Source: Callorhinchus milii
Lineage: Eukaryota
Direction of reading: 5' to 3'
DNA length: 64,000 bases
Assembly: GCF_018977255.1 (NCBI RefSeq)
Contig: NW_024704743.1
Span: 58,096,001 to 58,160,000 of the forward strand
Shown one piece after another: positions 1 through 12,290 of this stretch. Positions within the stretch are counted from its first letter, which is position 1; the number at the start of each line of letters is the position of its first letter. A program made the position numbers and the translations under genes. The notes beneath the pieces were generated by a model. That model did not search any database. It was not told the DNA's origin and saw only the letters and a list, made by a program, of their open reading frames with translations.

Positions 1-273
1 AATGCAGCAGCCCATTTGTGCACTGCAATGTCCCACAAACAGCCAATGAAGTGAAGGACCAATTTTATTTGGGGGAATGTTGATTAGGACACCTAAATAG
101 GAAGACGGGACCTTGATTTAACATCTCATCTGAGGGATGGTACCTCAAATAATGCAACACCTCCCCAGCAGTGCAATGGACTGTCAGCCATGACTATGTG
201 TGTTCAAAGTCTTGACATGGAGCTGGAACAAACAACTTTCTGAGAGGTGTGACTGCTACCGACTGAGACAGAC
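1..273 (-). mobile_element. Old DeuSINE/SacSINE1-like tRNA-derived SINE, partial (fuller copy at about 31282-31630)
   Basis: The reverse strand shows a tRNA-like head (ctcagtcggtagca), a central ggctgacagtccattgcactgctggggagg...gatgagatgttaaatc block and tgtgggacattgc, all shared with other copies in the window. Confidence 0.75.
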
Positions 274-3200
274 GAACGTACAATATCTGAATGGCTTCCT
301 TCTGTACTGTAAAATTCTATAATTCTAGCCATTGGGGCATGCTTCTGAAGTGAAAGCTGTTATGCGAATGTAATTTTGTATTGTGTTACAACACAGCAAA
401 CTGAAGCTCTAAATGAGCAGCGTTGTCGAAAATGGACAAGTGTCGTGTTGAATGTTTATTTTTAATTTTTGCTACTTGGAAAAAATGCTCAATGGAAGCT
501 AATGCACTAGTAGCTCCACAACATTTACAAATATATCATAGACTCACCACAAAGTGTCTAATCCTTGAGATTGATGAATGGAGTCCCAATTCCATAGACT
601 TCAAATTCTCTTGAGGTTTAAGCTATTGAATATGTTGCATGTCTAAGTAGAAATCTTTAGTTTTGACCTGTGGGGTAAACAGCACCATTGATTTTCATTG
701 TACATTTGCCTGCAGAAAATAATGTACTTCATTTAACGTGAAATGAGATTCATCTCATCAGCTCATTTTTAAACAGTGCTTCCGTATCTATCAGTTAATT
801 GTGTACATAACAACTTCTCTTTGTTTATGTATATTTTTAGTTATTGCTGTCTCTGGTGTGATGTGGAGCTTTACCATCACTGTTCATAGTGCCCCCCAGT
901 GGCCCATTCACAGTGGCTTTGAGTTGTTGTTTCCTTTCTCCGATTTTAAAAAAACTGACACAACAGGGAGCTGTAACTTCTACTAAAACTGGGCACAAGG
1001 GCCCACTTGGCAAGGCTCACTTCCTATTGCAATGTGATATGCGCATTGTATCAGGTAAGCTGCAACCTCCTAGAACGATGCAAGAACTTTTGAGAACAAA
1101 TTTAATTTAAAACTGCTGTAACTGAATAATATCAAGCCACTGCCACTTCGGTGGTTCTATTTATTACAAATTTGTCAGAGTCAGCTAATTTATTGTTCCA
1201 CGTTAATATTAATTCTCTCATTGTGCTATTTCACAAAAATCCCATTAGCACCAACTCTCCATATCTCATTGCATAGCGTTGTGTTACATTAAATCACATA
1301 ATCCTACATTTTTATCATGTCTTGTCATATTGAAATGTCTCAAAAAGCTTCATAGGCAATTACTATCGATTGTAGTGATTGTTTTTGTAGGCAAACACAA
1401 CAGTCACTGATCAATTTATCTGAAGGATTCTTGGCCGATACACCTAGAGAAACGTCCTCTATTCGGATAGACCCACAGGATCTTTAACATCTATCTGAAC
1501 AGGTAGATAGGACCTCAGTTTAACATACCATCTGAAAGACTTAGCACATTGCAGAACACTCTCAGTAGCAATTGAGCAAAAATGTGATAGTCGTTAATCC
1601 TAAAAACTAACAATTGGATAAATGTCTGTAGTTTGTGATTTTATTGAAATATTCCAATTGGAAATAGTTGATATTGTCTGAATGAATTTAAGGATTGTTC
1701 AGTACTCTTATGTTGGGACTCTGAATGAATAATTAGTGAGTTACCCAGCCTTTGCCATTGAAGTAAATGTTTTAATTACCTATTTGACTGGATTTGAAAA
1801 TTATTCGCCAGCTAGTGCACTGGAAAGCAAATTATTTCCAGTGCCTCCAGGTAAACTGAGTTTGGTTACGAATTACTCCATGCATTTAGATTTCTATCAA
1901 TTAGCAATATAAACTTGTGTGTTTGTTCAGCTAATGCTAACGATGCTAATTATTTTAATTCCCCAAACTTTACTCAATAAGCAAAATAACGATTTTTGGG
2001 AATTGCTTGGATATGGGCTTGTGGTTATATATACTTTTGCTTCCTCTTTCAATTTACTTCTCTTTTTCCCGGTTTGGCTGAGTGATGCCATGATATGGTC
2101 CCATGGGATTCCTTCGCCCTTGAGTGAAATAACTGGGCGGTGGAATGGATGAACAGGGAAGGAAAGGATATGAGAGAAAAATGAGTGAGGTCAATGAAGG
2201 GCTAGGTAAGAAAAAGGAGATGAATGGGAGGCTGTGGAGGATGACCTCTACAAAGGTAATGTGAATGTGCGACCCATTAGGGTGGGAAGATGCACAGAAA
2301 ACAAAAGTAAATAACTCATCAAATGTTGCTCATTAGAGGTGCAAAAAGGCAATGACTCACTATACAATACAATATACAATTGTAAAGTCCTTATCACATT
2401 GGGAGAATGTCTCAAAGTACTTTTGATTTACTGTAAAGTGTGTATGTTGTGGGCAAAAATAGCAACTAATTTGCACAAAGCCATGTCCCACAAGCAGCAA
2501 TGAAAGAAATTTTATTTGGGGGATTGTTGGCCAGGACACTGATAGAAATTCCCTTCTTTTTTTGAATTCTGCCATGGGATCTTTATTGTCAACCTGAATC
2601 AGAGCCAAATGACAACAGGAATGTGTTGGAAGTTAATAAACAAAAATCCATGAACATGGAAGGTAAAAAGTTCAAAGCAGAAAAAGGTCAATGGCATAGG
2701 AGTGTAGGTGGATTTGAGAATGAAAACTAAATCAATTTAGAGGGTTGTAATTAGATGTGAAGAGAAATGCTTAATTAATCATCTATTGATTCAAAGTTGG
2801 GACTAAAGATGTAGATTTACTTAAGAACTTATTGGCTCTGCTCTCGGCCGTAAGGAAACTACAGTATTTATTTCCCTAGAAAATAAATGACATTAATTGG
2901 TCTAGATTGTAGTATCTTCTTCTGAATCTCTATTTCCATTTCTTTGTGTTCAGTTGTTCTCTCTCATGCTTCCTCCTCAAGCCCTTCACTCCCCAATTTG
3001 TCTTTCCCCCATTATCTTCTTCCCCACTCTTTGTTCTTTCCATTTCTTCCCAGTTATTTTCCCTCATGCACACTCACCAACACAAAGTCCATCACTAGAT
3101 TGCAGATAATGTATAATTTGTGTCATGTCATAGTATTATTTCTAGTGCAACATTAGATTTTGTGAACTTGTAAAAAAAAATCAGCATTGCTTTACAATTT

Positions 3201-5245
3201 TGAAAACTATAGACTTGGACATTGAGGATTTTATAAGGAGGTAATTGGATTTGACAAAATGTATTTTCACATTGAAGTATATCTCACAGAGTTACTTTCA
3301 AGTGTAGTCAAATATGATAGACAATCTACACTAACAATGTCCCACAAATATTTTTTTATTTTGGGTCATTTATTGTTTTCTTTTGCAATGAATGAGGGAG
3401 GAATATTCCCCAGAATGCTTCCCTTCTCTTTTAAATAATTCTATAAAATTCTCAACATCCACAGGAACAGCAGCTGTGTGTGTGTCTGAGTAATGAAAGT
3501 TCTTTCTTACCTGGACCATCATATCCATTAGAGTACAGTAATTCTAAATGACACATCAATAGCATGCTTTCTAAGCACATTGAATGACATTAAAATATTC
3601 TGTAAGCATCATCCAATTTGCATTTCTCAGTGCTTATTTTAATACAGATGTGCTCAAGTAATTCTACATGGGTTCAGTCCAGCTAAATCTCTGTTTCACC
3701 CACAAAATATACAGTCAATTCACTTTACAGTATATTCTGTGAAGCGCTTTGAGTCGTCTCGAAGATGTGATAAGGCGCTGTATCAAATGCAAGGATTATT
3801 ATTATAATTACAAACTGCGGATCTCGAATGTCAGTAACGTGAATCCTTGATAAGAATTACTATTCATTTTTCAAATACATTTATGATTTAATTGAATAAA
3901 TGTGGATTGTATAATTCATAGCAGAATATGTGGCTGAAATAAATTGATCGCTGTAAGTTTGATGCTATTGACTGTACAGAATAACATTGCATACATGTAT
4001 ATGAGAAAATAAAAGATAGTTGCCAAGTCTATAACACAAAGAAAATGGTTCCTGTGAGTAGAGGAAGCCGATGTTGTGAAAAGCTAAAATAAATTCACAA
4101 GTTAAAGCTTTAATATGAAATATATACGCACTATTCTATTGGATCCCATTATCCCTGCAGATATGCAGCCTAAGTCTGCATTTGCACAGAACATTATTAA
4201 TCTGCAGTCATAGGGATCTATAATGGGACTTCCCATTAAAAAGACTTAGTGAAAAAGATTGCTATTTTTATCAATGCATGTATAATACATCTCATAGTAT
4301 AAGTGCAAGTGGAGGGTGAAAGGAGACAACAGAGACGTTTCATAACATTCAGATAACCTCATAAATCTCGACTGACTAGCTCACAATCTCTGGCTCTGAA
4401 CTCTCTGTTACAGCCTTAAACACAGACCTTTACAATTTTCCTACTTTTGTCACTGAAGTCCTTATTTTCTGTTACAGTGCTGTATTTTCTTTCTGCTGAT
4501 GCTGAATTTTGCACACGCTTTTGTATCATGTCACAGGAAAGCTTTTTGTTTCTCATACAACGCTGGGCTGGTTTGCAAAATAAAATTTGTGCTCTATTGA
4601 CACGGCAGGAAGACAGAAATTTATTGAAATGATAGTGTGTTTTGTGAGATTATAATACTCTTGTCTATATTATAATGATGCTGTCAATCAGGGATTGATC
4701 TGCATGACACTAATCAAAACAGCTTAAGTTGCCCTGTTTCCATAACATGCTCGCAGCATACTGAGATTCAAAGCTATAATTTTCCATCAGTTTAACCCTA
4801 AATCTGCTACGAAAGCAAACCACTTGGATTTTGGGCAACATTGTTTTCACTGATCGGAGACAACCTTCAGTTGAAAACCTCACATTTAGCTGAAAAATCA
4901 AACGTTGATAATCCATTTGAATAGTCAGTGCAATCAATTATTTTGTATGATGATTGTTTGCTGGAACGAGTCACATTGCCTTTTTTTCAGCAAAATAAGA
5001 GAGGATCCTACCAAAAGCAGATTCACAAATGTAGCTACTTAACCGTCATAGCAACCTCTTTATCAAGAATGCTACATCATTTTCATTTGTACACCTTTAA
5101 AGTAATTAACTTACAAAAACAACGATTAGCCTTAAATGTTCCAGTGTATTTCTGTTCCTAGCCCCAAACATGTGGAACTCCCTGCCTCTTCTCCTCTGTC
5201 TCGTTCCTTCTTTTTGCATCTTGCTTAAAATCTCTTTATCTCTGT

Positions 5246-5563
5246 GGAGTCCTATAGCTCAGTGGTTAGAGCATTCGCTTTGCAAGCGAGTGACCTGAGT
5301 TCAATTTCAGGCAGGGTGAAACCTTAGGGAAGTTTCCTTACTCCACACACCTAATAATAATCCCTCCAAAACAAAAAAACAATAATAAATTGGTCATTTT
5401 CAATCCACGCCTGTTTGTGGGACATTGCTGTGCGCAATTGGCTGCTGCGTTCGCCCACAAATATACAGTCAATTCACTTTACAGTATATTCTATGAAGCG
5501 CTTTGGGACGTCTAGAGGACGTGAAAAGGCTATATCAAATGCAAGGATTATTATTATTATTAT
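5246..5563 (+). mobile_element. Young full-length tRNA(Ala)-derived SINE with L2-type 3' tail
   Basis: Head ggagtcctatagctcagtggttagagca...ttgcaa...gagttcaat (A box, TGC anticodon-like loop, B box). Tail gggacgtc...cgtgaaaag...tatatcaaatgcaagg(att)n. Highly similar to the copies at 28686, 51434 and 55799. Confidence 0.92.
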
Positions 5564-6472
5564 TTATAGTCATTTCCCGTTTCCCTTCCTCCCTCACTCT
5601 ATGTTCAACCCCGTCCTTGTGAGGTATTCTGGGACATTATAAATAAATCATTCTTACATTTGATACAGTGCCTTTCACGATGAGTGATTGTCTCAAAACC
5701 CATCATAGGACTTTATTGTGAAGTGTTGTGACTGTGTTTTGTAGGCAAATGCAGCAGCCAATTTGCACACAATAATAACAACGCGCATTTATATAGCGCC
5801 CATCACATGGGATAGCATCCCGGAGTGCTTCACAGTGACGGATTCTGACAACAAGCCAAGGGGGAAGGGTGGAGAGAGGTTCCCGTAAACATGATCAAAA
5901 AGGAAGGTCTTTAGGCAGAACTTGAAGATGGGGATGAAGGGGGCAAAGCAAAGGGATTGAAGGAGAGAGTTCTAGAGTTTTAGGATGTCGTGGCTGAAGG
6001 CGTGGCCAAAGACGGTGGAGAGGAGGGGACAAGGGACACACAGGAGGCCAGAGCCAGCAGGTGTTGGTGGAATAGGGATCAAGCAGGTTGAATAGGCAGG
6101 GAGGTGCAAGGGCATGAAGGGAATTGAAAACAAGTGAGAGGATCTTGAAATCGATCCGTTTGATAATTGGGAGCTACTGGAGTCTGGCAAAGACTGGTGT
6201 GATGGGGGTACAGAGTTTTGTGCGGGTGAGTATCTGGGGGACGGAACTTTGAATTAATTGGATTTTGTGTATGGTGGAGCTGGGGAAACCAGCAAGGAGG
6301 GCATTGGGATAGTCTAGCCGGGAATTGACGAGGGCGTGGATGAGGGTTTCGGCTGCATTGTGAGGTATGGATGGAGGCGGGCAATGTGGCTGAGGTGGGA
6401 AAAAGCAGTCTTAGTCAGAGAACGGATTTGGGATAGAAAGGAAACCTGGGGATCGAACCTGATGCCTAAGTT

Positions 6473-7153
6473 CCGCCAATACCTCTCCCCAAAAGCCACT
6501 GAAACCCTGGTCCATGCCTTTGTCACCTCTTGGCTGGACTACTCCAATGCCCTCCTCGCAGGTCTCCCATCCACTACAATCCATAAAATCCAAGTCATTC
6601 AAAACTCTGACGCCCGCATTCTCACCCGCACCAAACTGCGATTACCCCAGTCCTTGCCAGACTGCACTGGCTGCCTATCCTAGAAAGGATCGATTTCAAG
6701 ATCCTCACCCTTGTATTCAAGTCCCTACACTCCTCCGCACCCCTCTACCTCTCTGACCTCCTCTCTCCTCAAAACAGTACCCGTTGCCTTCGTTCCTCCA
6801 GGTCAGTGCCTTGGGATGTCCTCCCGACGTGAAAGGCGCTCTATAAATGGAATCTTGTTGTTGTTGTTGTTGTCTGGCCTCCTCCTCGTCCCCCGAGTCC
6901 TCTGCTCCACCCTCGGTGGCCATGCCTTCAGCCACTATGCCCTGAGGCTGTGGAACTACCTTCCTCACTCCCTGCGTCTCGTTCCCTCCCTTCCCATTTT
7001 CAGGTCTCTGCTGAAGACCTTTCTTTTCGACCATGTCTTTGGTCACCTTCCTCCTCCCTCTGGTTCGGTCTCGGGATCCGTTACTGTAATGCACTCTGAG
7101 ACTCCGTCCGGCGTGGAGGGCGCTATATAAATCCCAAGTTGTTGCTGTTGTTG
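6473..7153 (+). mobile_element. 5'-truncated L2 LINE nested in the older L2, with 6-bp target-site duplication taagtt
   Basis: ORF2 C-terminal peptide ETLVHAFVTSWLDYSNALLAGLP; tail gcgctatataaat...(gtt)n; taagtt at 6467-6472 and 7154-7159. Confidence 0.92.
6805..6871 (+). mobile_element. Tail-only retro-insertion (third nesting level) from a different L2-type family
   Basis: gccttgggatgtcctcccgacgtgaaaggcgctctataaatggaatc(ttg)n interrupts ccaggtc|tggcctcc of the host L2 and matches the tail at 62241-62306. Confidence 0.85.
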
Positions 7154-8175
7154 TAAGTTGCGCATGATTTCAGAGAGTCTGAGGGAGAGCCTGGATGTTT
7201 AAGAGTTCAGGCCTGCAGGAGAGAAGATGTTTTGGGAGCCAAAGAGTATGGCTTCTGTTTTGCTGACATTCAGCTGCAAGAAATTTGCGCTCATCCAGGC
7301 CTTGATATCCGTCAAACAAGCTGGCAGGACATCAGCGGACTGAAAGTCGTAGGTGGGAGAGGAGAAGTAGATTTGGGTGTCATCCATATAAATGTGGAAG
7401 TTATCCCCATGTCTGCAGATAACTTTGCTAAAGGGATCACGTAGATGAGGAAAAGGAGGCCAAGGATGGAGCCTTGGGGTACCCCGCAGGTGACCAGATG
7501 GGGGCGGGAGGAAAAAACATTTGCCAAGATGTATTGTTGGCGGTTTGTTGAGTAGGACTAGAACCATGCGACTGCGGTCCCATTGAGGCGGTTGAGGGAG
7601 GAGAGGTGGTGGAGAAGCATGGAACTTTGGACAGTTTTCTCCTCTTCCCAGTCCAAATGCACTGAAATTCTATGGTTGTTTATGGGACATTGCTGTGTGC
7701 AAATTGGTCGTTGCATTCATACAAAAAACATCAAGTCACTTGCAGTTCACAATATATCTGTGAAGCACTTTGGGATGTCCAGGGGACATGAAAAGTGCTA
7801 TACCAAATATAACAATTAAGAATAATTAAGGATTATTCTAATCGAAACAAAACTACCATCAACATACTCTACTAGTAACGGACAAGACAAATTACTAAAT
7901 ATCTCTGCTGATGTCCATTTAATTTCTTTGAAATGTTGCTTGAATAACTCTTTAAGGTCAGATCACTTCAATAATGAGTTGAAAAATACAGTATGTGTAG
8001 TGAGTGATGAGTGCCATCAGTGATAATTTCGCATCACTCTGACTGCATTTTTAATCCCAATTCAAACAAAATATTTTTAAAAATAAAGGAATAGGGAACA
8101 AAGGATGAGAATAATTAATGACATTAGCTATACAATATTCAAATATTGACTATCTTTTGTGCTGATTCTATTTTT

Positions 8176-8205
8176 NNNNNNNNNNNNNNNNNNNNNNNNN
8201 NNNNN
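8176..8205. other. Assembly gap (30 N)
   Basis: Run of n characters. Confidence 1.
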
Positions 8206-8354
8206 TATCTATACCCTCTCTACCGGGATGTTGCTGCGATGGGATGCAATTGTCGGCTGACTATGCTCCGAGCATTTTACATTTGGCAACGTAAGCAAGG
8301 TTTAAAAGATGTTTGATACTGGTGAAGTAGATCAAGTAGCGATGATCTGAGGAT

Positions 8355-9060
8355 CGTACGCAACCTAGGGGTCAGGTTCGACCCCAATTATCCTTCTTCC
8401 CCCACATCCAGTCCCTCACCAGCACCGTCTTCTTCCACCTCCGACGCATCGCCCACCTCCGCCAATATCTCATTCCAAAAGCCGCTGAAACCCTGGTCCA
8501 TGCCTTTGTCACCTCTCGGCTGGACTATTCTAACGCCCTCCTTGCCGATCTCCCATCCACTACAATCCATAAAATCCAGATCATTGAAAAGTACGCCACC
8601 CGCATTCTCACCTGCACCAAACTCCACTCCCCGATCACCCCGGTCCTTGCCAGACTGCACTGGCTGCCTATCCCAGAAAGGATCGATTTCAAAATCCTCA
8701 CCCTTGTATTCAAATCCCTCCACTCCTCTGCAGCCCCCCTACCTCTCTGACCTCCTTTCCCCTCAAAACGGTACCCGCTGCTTTCGTTCCTTCAGATTTG
8801 GCCTCCTCCTCCGCTCCACCCTCGGCGACTGTGCCTTCAGCCACTATACCCCAAGGCTCTGGAACTCCCTTCCTCATTCCCTTCACCTCATCCCCTCTCT
8901 TCCTATTTTCAGGTCTCTGCTGAAGACTTTCCTCTTTGACCGCGCCTTTGGTCACCTTCCTCCCCATTCCCTGCCTCGGCGCCGGGATCCGTTACTGTTA
9001 AGCGCTCTGAGACGCCGTCCGGTGTGGAGGGCGCTATAAAAATCCAAGTTGTTGTTGTTG
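8355..9060 (+). mobile_element. 5'-truncated L2 LINE
   Basis: Reads VRNLGVRFDP and ETLVHAFVTSRLDYSN with frameshifts. Ends gcgctataaaaatccaa(gtt)n. Same family as 6473-7153. Confidence 0.92.
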
Positions 9061-9366
9061 ATGATGGGGTTGTATAAGCACAAGTAAAGCATGGAATAAG
9101 ATAGGGTGTACCAAGTTCACTCTTTTCATAGGCCATACACAGTCCAATCTATCTTGGATTTACCCAATCTATTTAATCTCCTGAGGAAAAATTTTATATA
9201 AATATTCCTGCCAAATATTATTATGGATAATATCTGATGTTCATTCATCCTCATCTTTCTCCACTCTTCAGTCCTGGCTCTCTATGTTTCTATAACCTTC
9301 AGTTTCATACTTCTTCCAACCATGTCTCATTTCCTAAGGAGTTAATAGACTTAGGTTCAACTGGTT

Positions 9367-9872
9367 TTGGGGGAGCCGAGCCACGGGGATAGGAGGTGAC
9401 TGTAAGCACGCTCGAAAAGGAAGGTCTTTAGGCAGGATTTAAAAGTGGAAAGAGAAGTGGCAATATGGAGGGATTGTCGGGACCTAATAGCTGAAGGTAT
9501 GGTCACCAATGTTGGAGCGGAGGGGACGAGGGAAAAATAGGAGGCTGGAACCAACCGAGTGGAGGTAGCAGGTGATGGAGTGGGGGTGGGTAAGCAGATA
9601 GGATAGGTGATGAGGTGCAAGGGCATGAAGGGATTTGAAAATGAGTGAAAGGATCTTGAAATCGATCCGTTTGGTAATTGGGAGACAGTGGAGTCTGACA
9701 AGGACTTGTGTGATGGGAGAACAGAGTTTTGTGTTGGTGAGTATCCAGGCGGTGGTGTTTTGGAGTAATTGAATTTTGTGTATGGTGGAGCTGGGGAGAC
9801 CGCAAGGAGGGTATTGGAATAGTCCAGGTGGGAAGTGATAAAGGCGTGGATAAGGGTTTCAGCTGCATTGTA
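9367..9872 (-). mobile_element. L2 LINE 3' fragment
   Basis: Minus ORF AAETLIHAFITSHLDYSN...FKSCLKTFLF; similar to 5900-6360. Confidence 0.88.
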
Positions 9873-11489
9873 CAGTGCTTCTAAGCATTTTAATAATAAT
9901 AATAATCTATGCATTTAATATAGCGCCTTACCACGTCTTCTAGACATCTCAAAGTGCTTCACAGAATTTACTGTAAAGTGAATTGACTGTATATTTGTGG
10001 GCAAAATGCAGCAGTCAATTGCACACAGCAGTGTTCCTCACAACAGATGTTAGGGCACTGGTCTATAACACCCAGGCTAAGATACATTGCTGATCAGTAT
10101 AAAGGAATCCATACTTTATCTTGACCCATGCTATATGATATTGTTATGCTGGGGAACACTGCATCATTGGAGGTGCCGTCCTTTGGATAAACTGTTAATC
10201 TGAGGCCCCATCTACCTGTTCAAGTTAATGTTAAAGATTCTATGGCACTATTCAAAAAAGTGAGTTTCTCCTGGTGTCCTCGTCAACATTCTCCCAAATA
10301 AAATTGGTTGTTCACGTCATGGCTATTTGTGGGATATTGCTGGGTGAAAATTGACTGGACTGCTGAGATCACCAGAGAGGTTTGACAAGAGTCCGATATT
10401 CTGTTTCAAGTGTGTCAATTTGGAGCCAACTCAGACAATGGGGACCCTGCCTACCTCCTCCCATGAGGGTAGTTAACAATAAATAGAGTAATGTATATCT
10501 ATGATACACTAGATGGTGCTGTTCTATTCTCAACACTTAATTGAGAAGGCATTGCACAAAATTTAAACCAAACAGTTTATTTAGAAATACAATGTTGCTT
10601 CTTGAAACCACAACAGTTAAAATATATCACTGTTTTTTTATTATGGTATTGTTAGATGTAAACTTACTGCATAGATTTAATTTTGTTTTCATTGCTATTC
10701 TGTATTATGAAGCATAATGAAGTGTAGACGTGAAAAATGCATTGTTTCATAGAAGATTCAATGTGCCAGTTATCAGTTATAAACAATGCATATTTCAGCC
10801 CATGGTTGTCAGAATGTTTAATATAAATCTGTGATATGAATTTAATATTCTATGTAGCTTTGTTGGGATTTTGTTCTTAGCATGCTCAGCATTATCCTTC
10901 CTGAACTAAAATTATACACTTTGACGTGTCTTCCAATTTGTTTGCATTTGCTGAGCTAAAGCTCTCAACAGCTCATTCACCTGTGATGTTTAACAGCTGG
11001 CAATTCAATGCAATGGGGCCACAAAGGGCACTGTCTTTCCGGAAACTAGATATTAAAATCTCTTTTGCTTGGAGGAGAAGTGTGCACCACTTTCATCACA
11101 GGGGTGCCACGTATAAGCTATGCAATGATGTGGATAAAAGTGATTTATGTCAAAAAGTCGTGTTTGCAAACTTTCACAAAAATAAATGGCACTTTTAAAT
11201 GTCAAGCCATGGGATTATGATAGTCAAAGTTGTCATTTTTTCTTGGGCTTGTCAAAAGACTTCTCGCCAGACTCAGAAGGCAATACGTTTACACAAATAT
11301 TTTGAGAACATTCTAGGCAACTCAACTAGTTGAACACCGAACAAAGGACCAAACTGGTTTAGATTCAAATCCATTTAAAGCTTGAAGCTTCCAAAAGCAA
11401 TTCAATGCCAAATTGTACATAAGAAAGCCCAAAGGGCAGGACAATTCTAGCTGGACAAAAGATTCCAAGGTCATGAAAGAGATTCAGAT

Positions 11490-12290
11490 GAACAAGGTCC
11501 TTCACCCCATTTGATATCACCTTCCAGAATATCCACCCTATTTCAGCTGGATGTATGACACATGTGGAAACCTATATCCACGCTACTACCCTTCCTTCAC
11601 AGCATTAAGCTGTTTTTAAATGACTCCAACATCTGGTCCTCTAACTACCCTGTCTGGTACCTCGTTCCAATTGTTTATTATCATCTGGGTAAAGAGATAC
11701 ATTCTGATGTCTGTCCTGAAATCTGCAGTCCTAATCCTTGCTCTCTTGTTCTGCTGTCTTGGGGCATCCAAAGGTATTGTTTTGGGTTTATCTTCTCAAT
11801 CCCATTTAGAATCCTACATAGCTCTTAAAGGTCGTTCCTGAGAAATCTCCTTTCAAGACTGAAGAGCCCTATCTTCTGTCATTTCTGCTGTGTATTCTTT
11901 GTTCATGGCTCATTCTTCTAACAGTGGGCATCATTCTTGTCTCTAGAGCCTGGGCAACCCGCTTATGCTGCGGGGAACTGAACTGTATGAAGTACTCCAG
12001 GTGCAGCCTGACCAGAGCACTGCACAGCTTGAGTAAGACTTGCAGGGATTTGATCTTAGTAAGATAGCCCAGCATCCTATTTGTCTTGTTTATTGCTGCT
12101 TTACACTGTTTTGACATGATGAACGACTAATTCCCCAGATCTCTTTCAGCTTCCCTCCAGCCAAGTCCACTCCATCCAAAGAATACACATGACTCCTATT
12201 CTTGTTTCCTATATACAATACATTGCAATTATCTGTAGTGAACCTAATTTGATAGTCATCAGCCAATGTACATATACTATCAAGCTCTCT
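11490..12290 (-). mobile_element. CR1-clade LINE 3' fragment, degenerate
   Basis: Peptide KQCKAAINKTNRMLG...LKLCSALVRLHLEYFIQFSSP is typical of the CR1 ORF2 C-terminus. Confidence 0.85.

Larger units (their letters stand above)
5775..7620 (-). mobile_element. L2-clade LINE, 5'-truncated and degenerate, split at 6473-7153 by an opposite-strand L2
   Basis: RT motifs in minus frames: GVPQGSILG, YMDDTQIY, WMSANFLQLNVSKTEAI, RNLGIRFDP. 3' tail at about 5775-5835. Confidence 0.92.
1..8175. repeat. Copy 1 of a near-identical duplicated segment (partner 31358-39566); open at the window start, ends at the assembly gap
   Basis: Same sequence and same ORF translations at offsets 31357-31391. Copies differ by scattered SNPs and small indels (7 bp near 2314, 25 bp near 3350, 2 bp near 3973). 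Confidence 0.98.

Noticed and set aside
841..1054. Apparent plus-strand exon (tttttag| ... CAG|GTAAGC), duplicated at 32198-32411
   Set aside because: All three frames contain stops; no evidence of transcription from sequence alone.
1817..1844. 10-bp stem hairpin gcactggaaa/tttccagtgc
   Set aside because: Short enough to occur by chance in a window this size; no supporting context.
5246..5320. tRNA-Ala(TGC)-like sequences (also at about 28935-29007, 51434, 55799, 13615-13687)
   Set aside because: These are SINE heads that run directly into SINE body and tail; no complete acceptor stem or terminator, so not tRNA genes.
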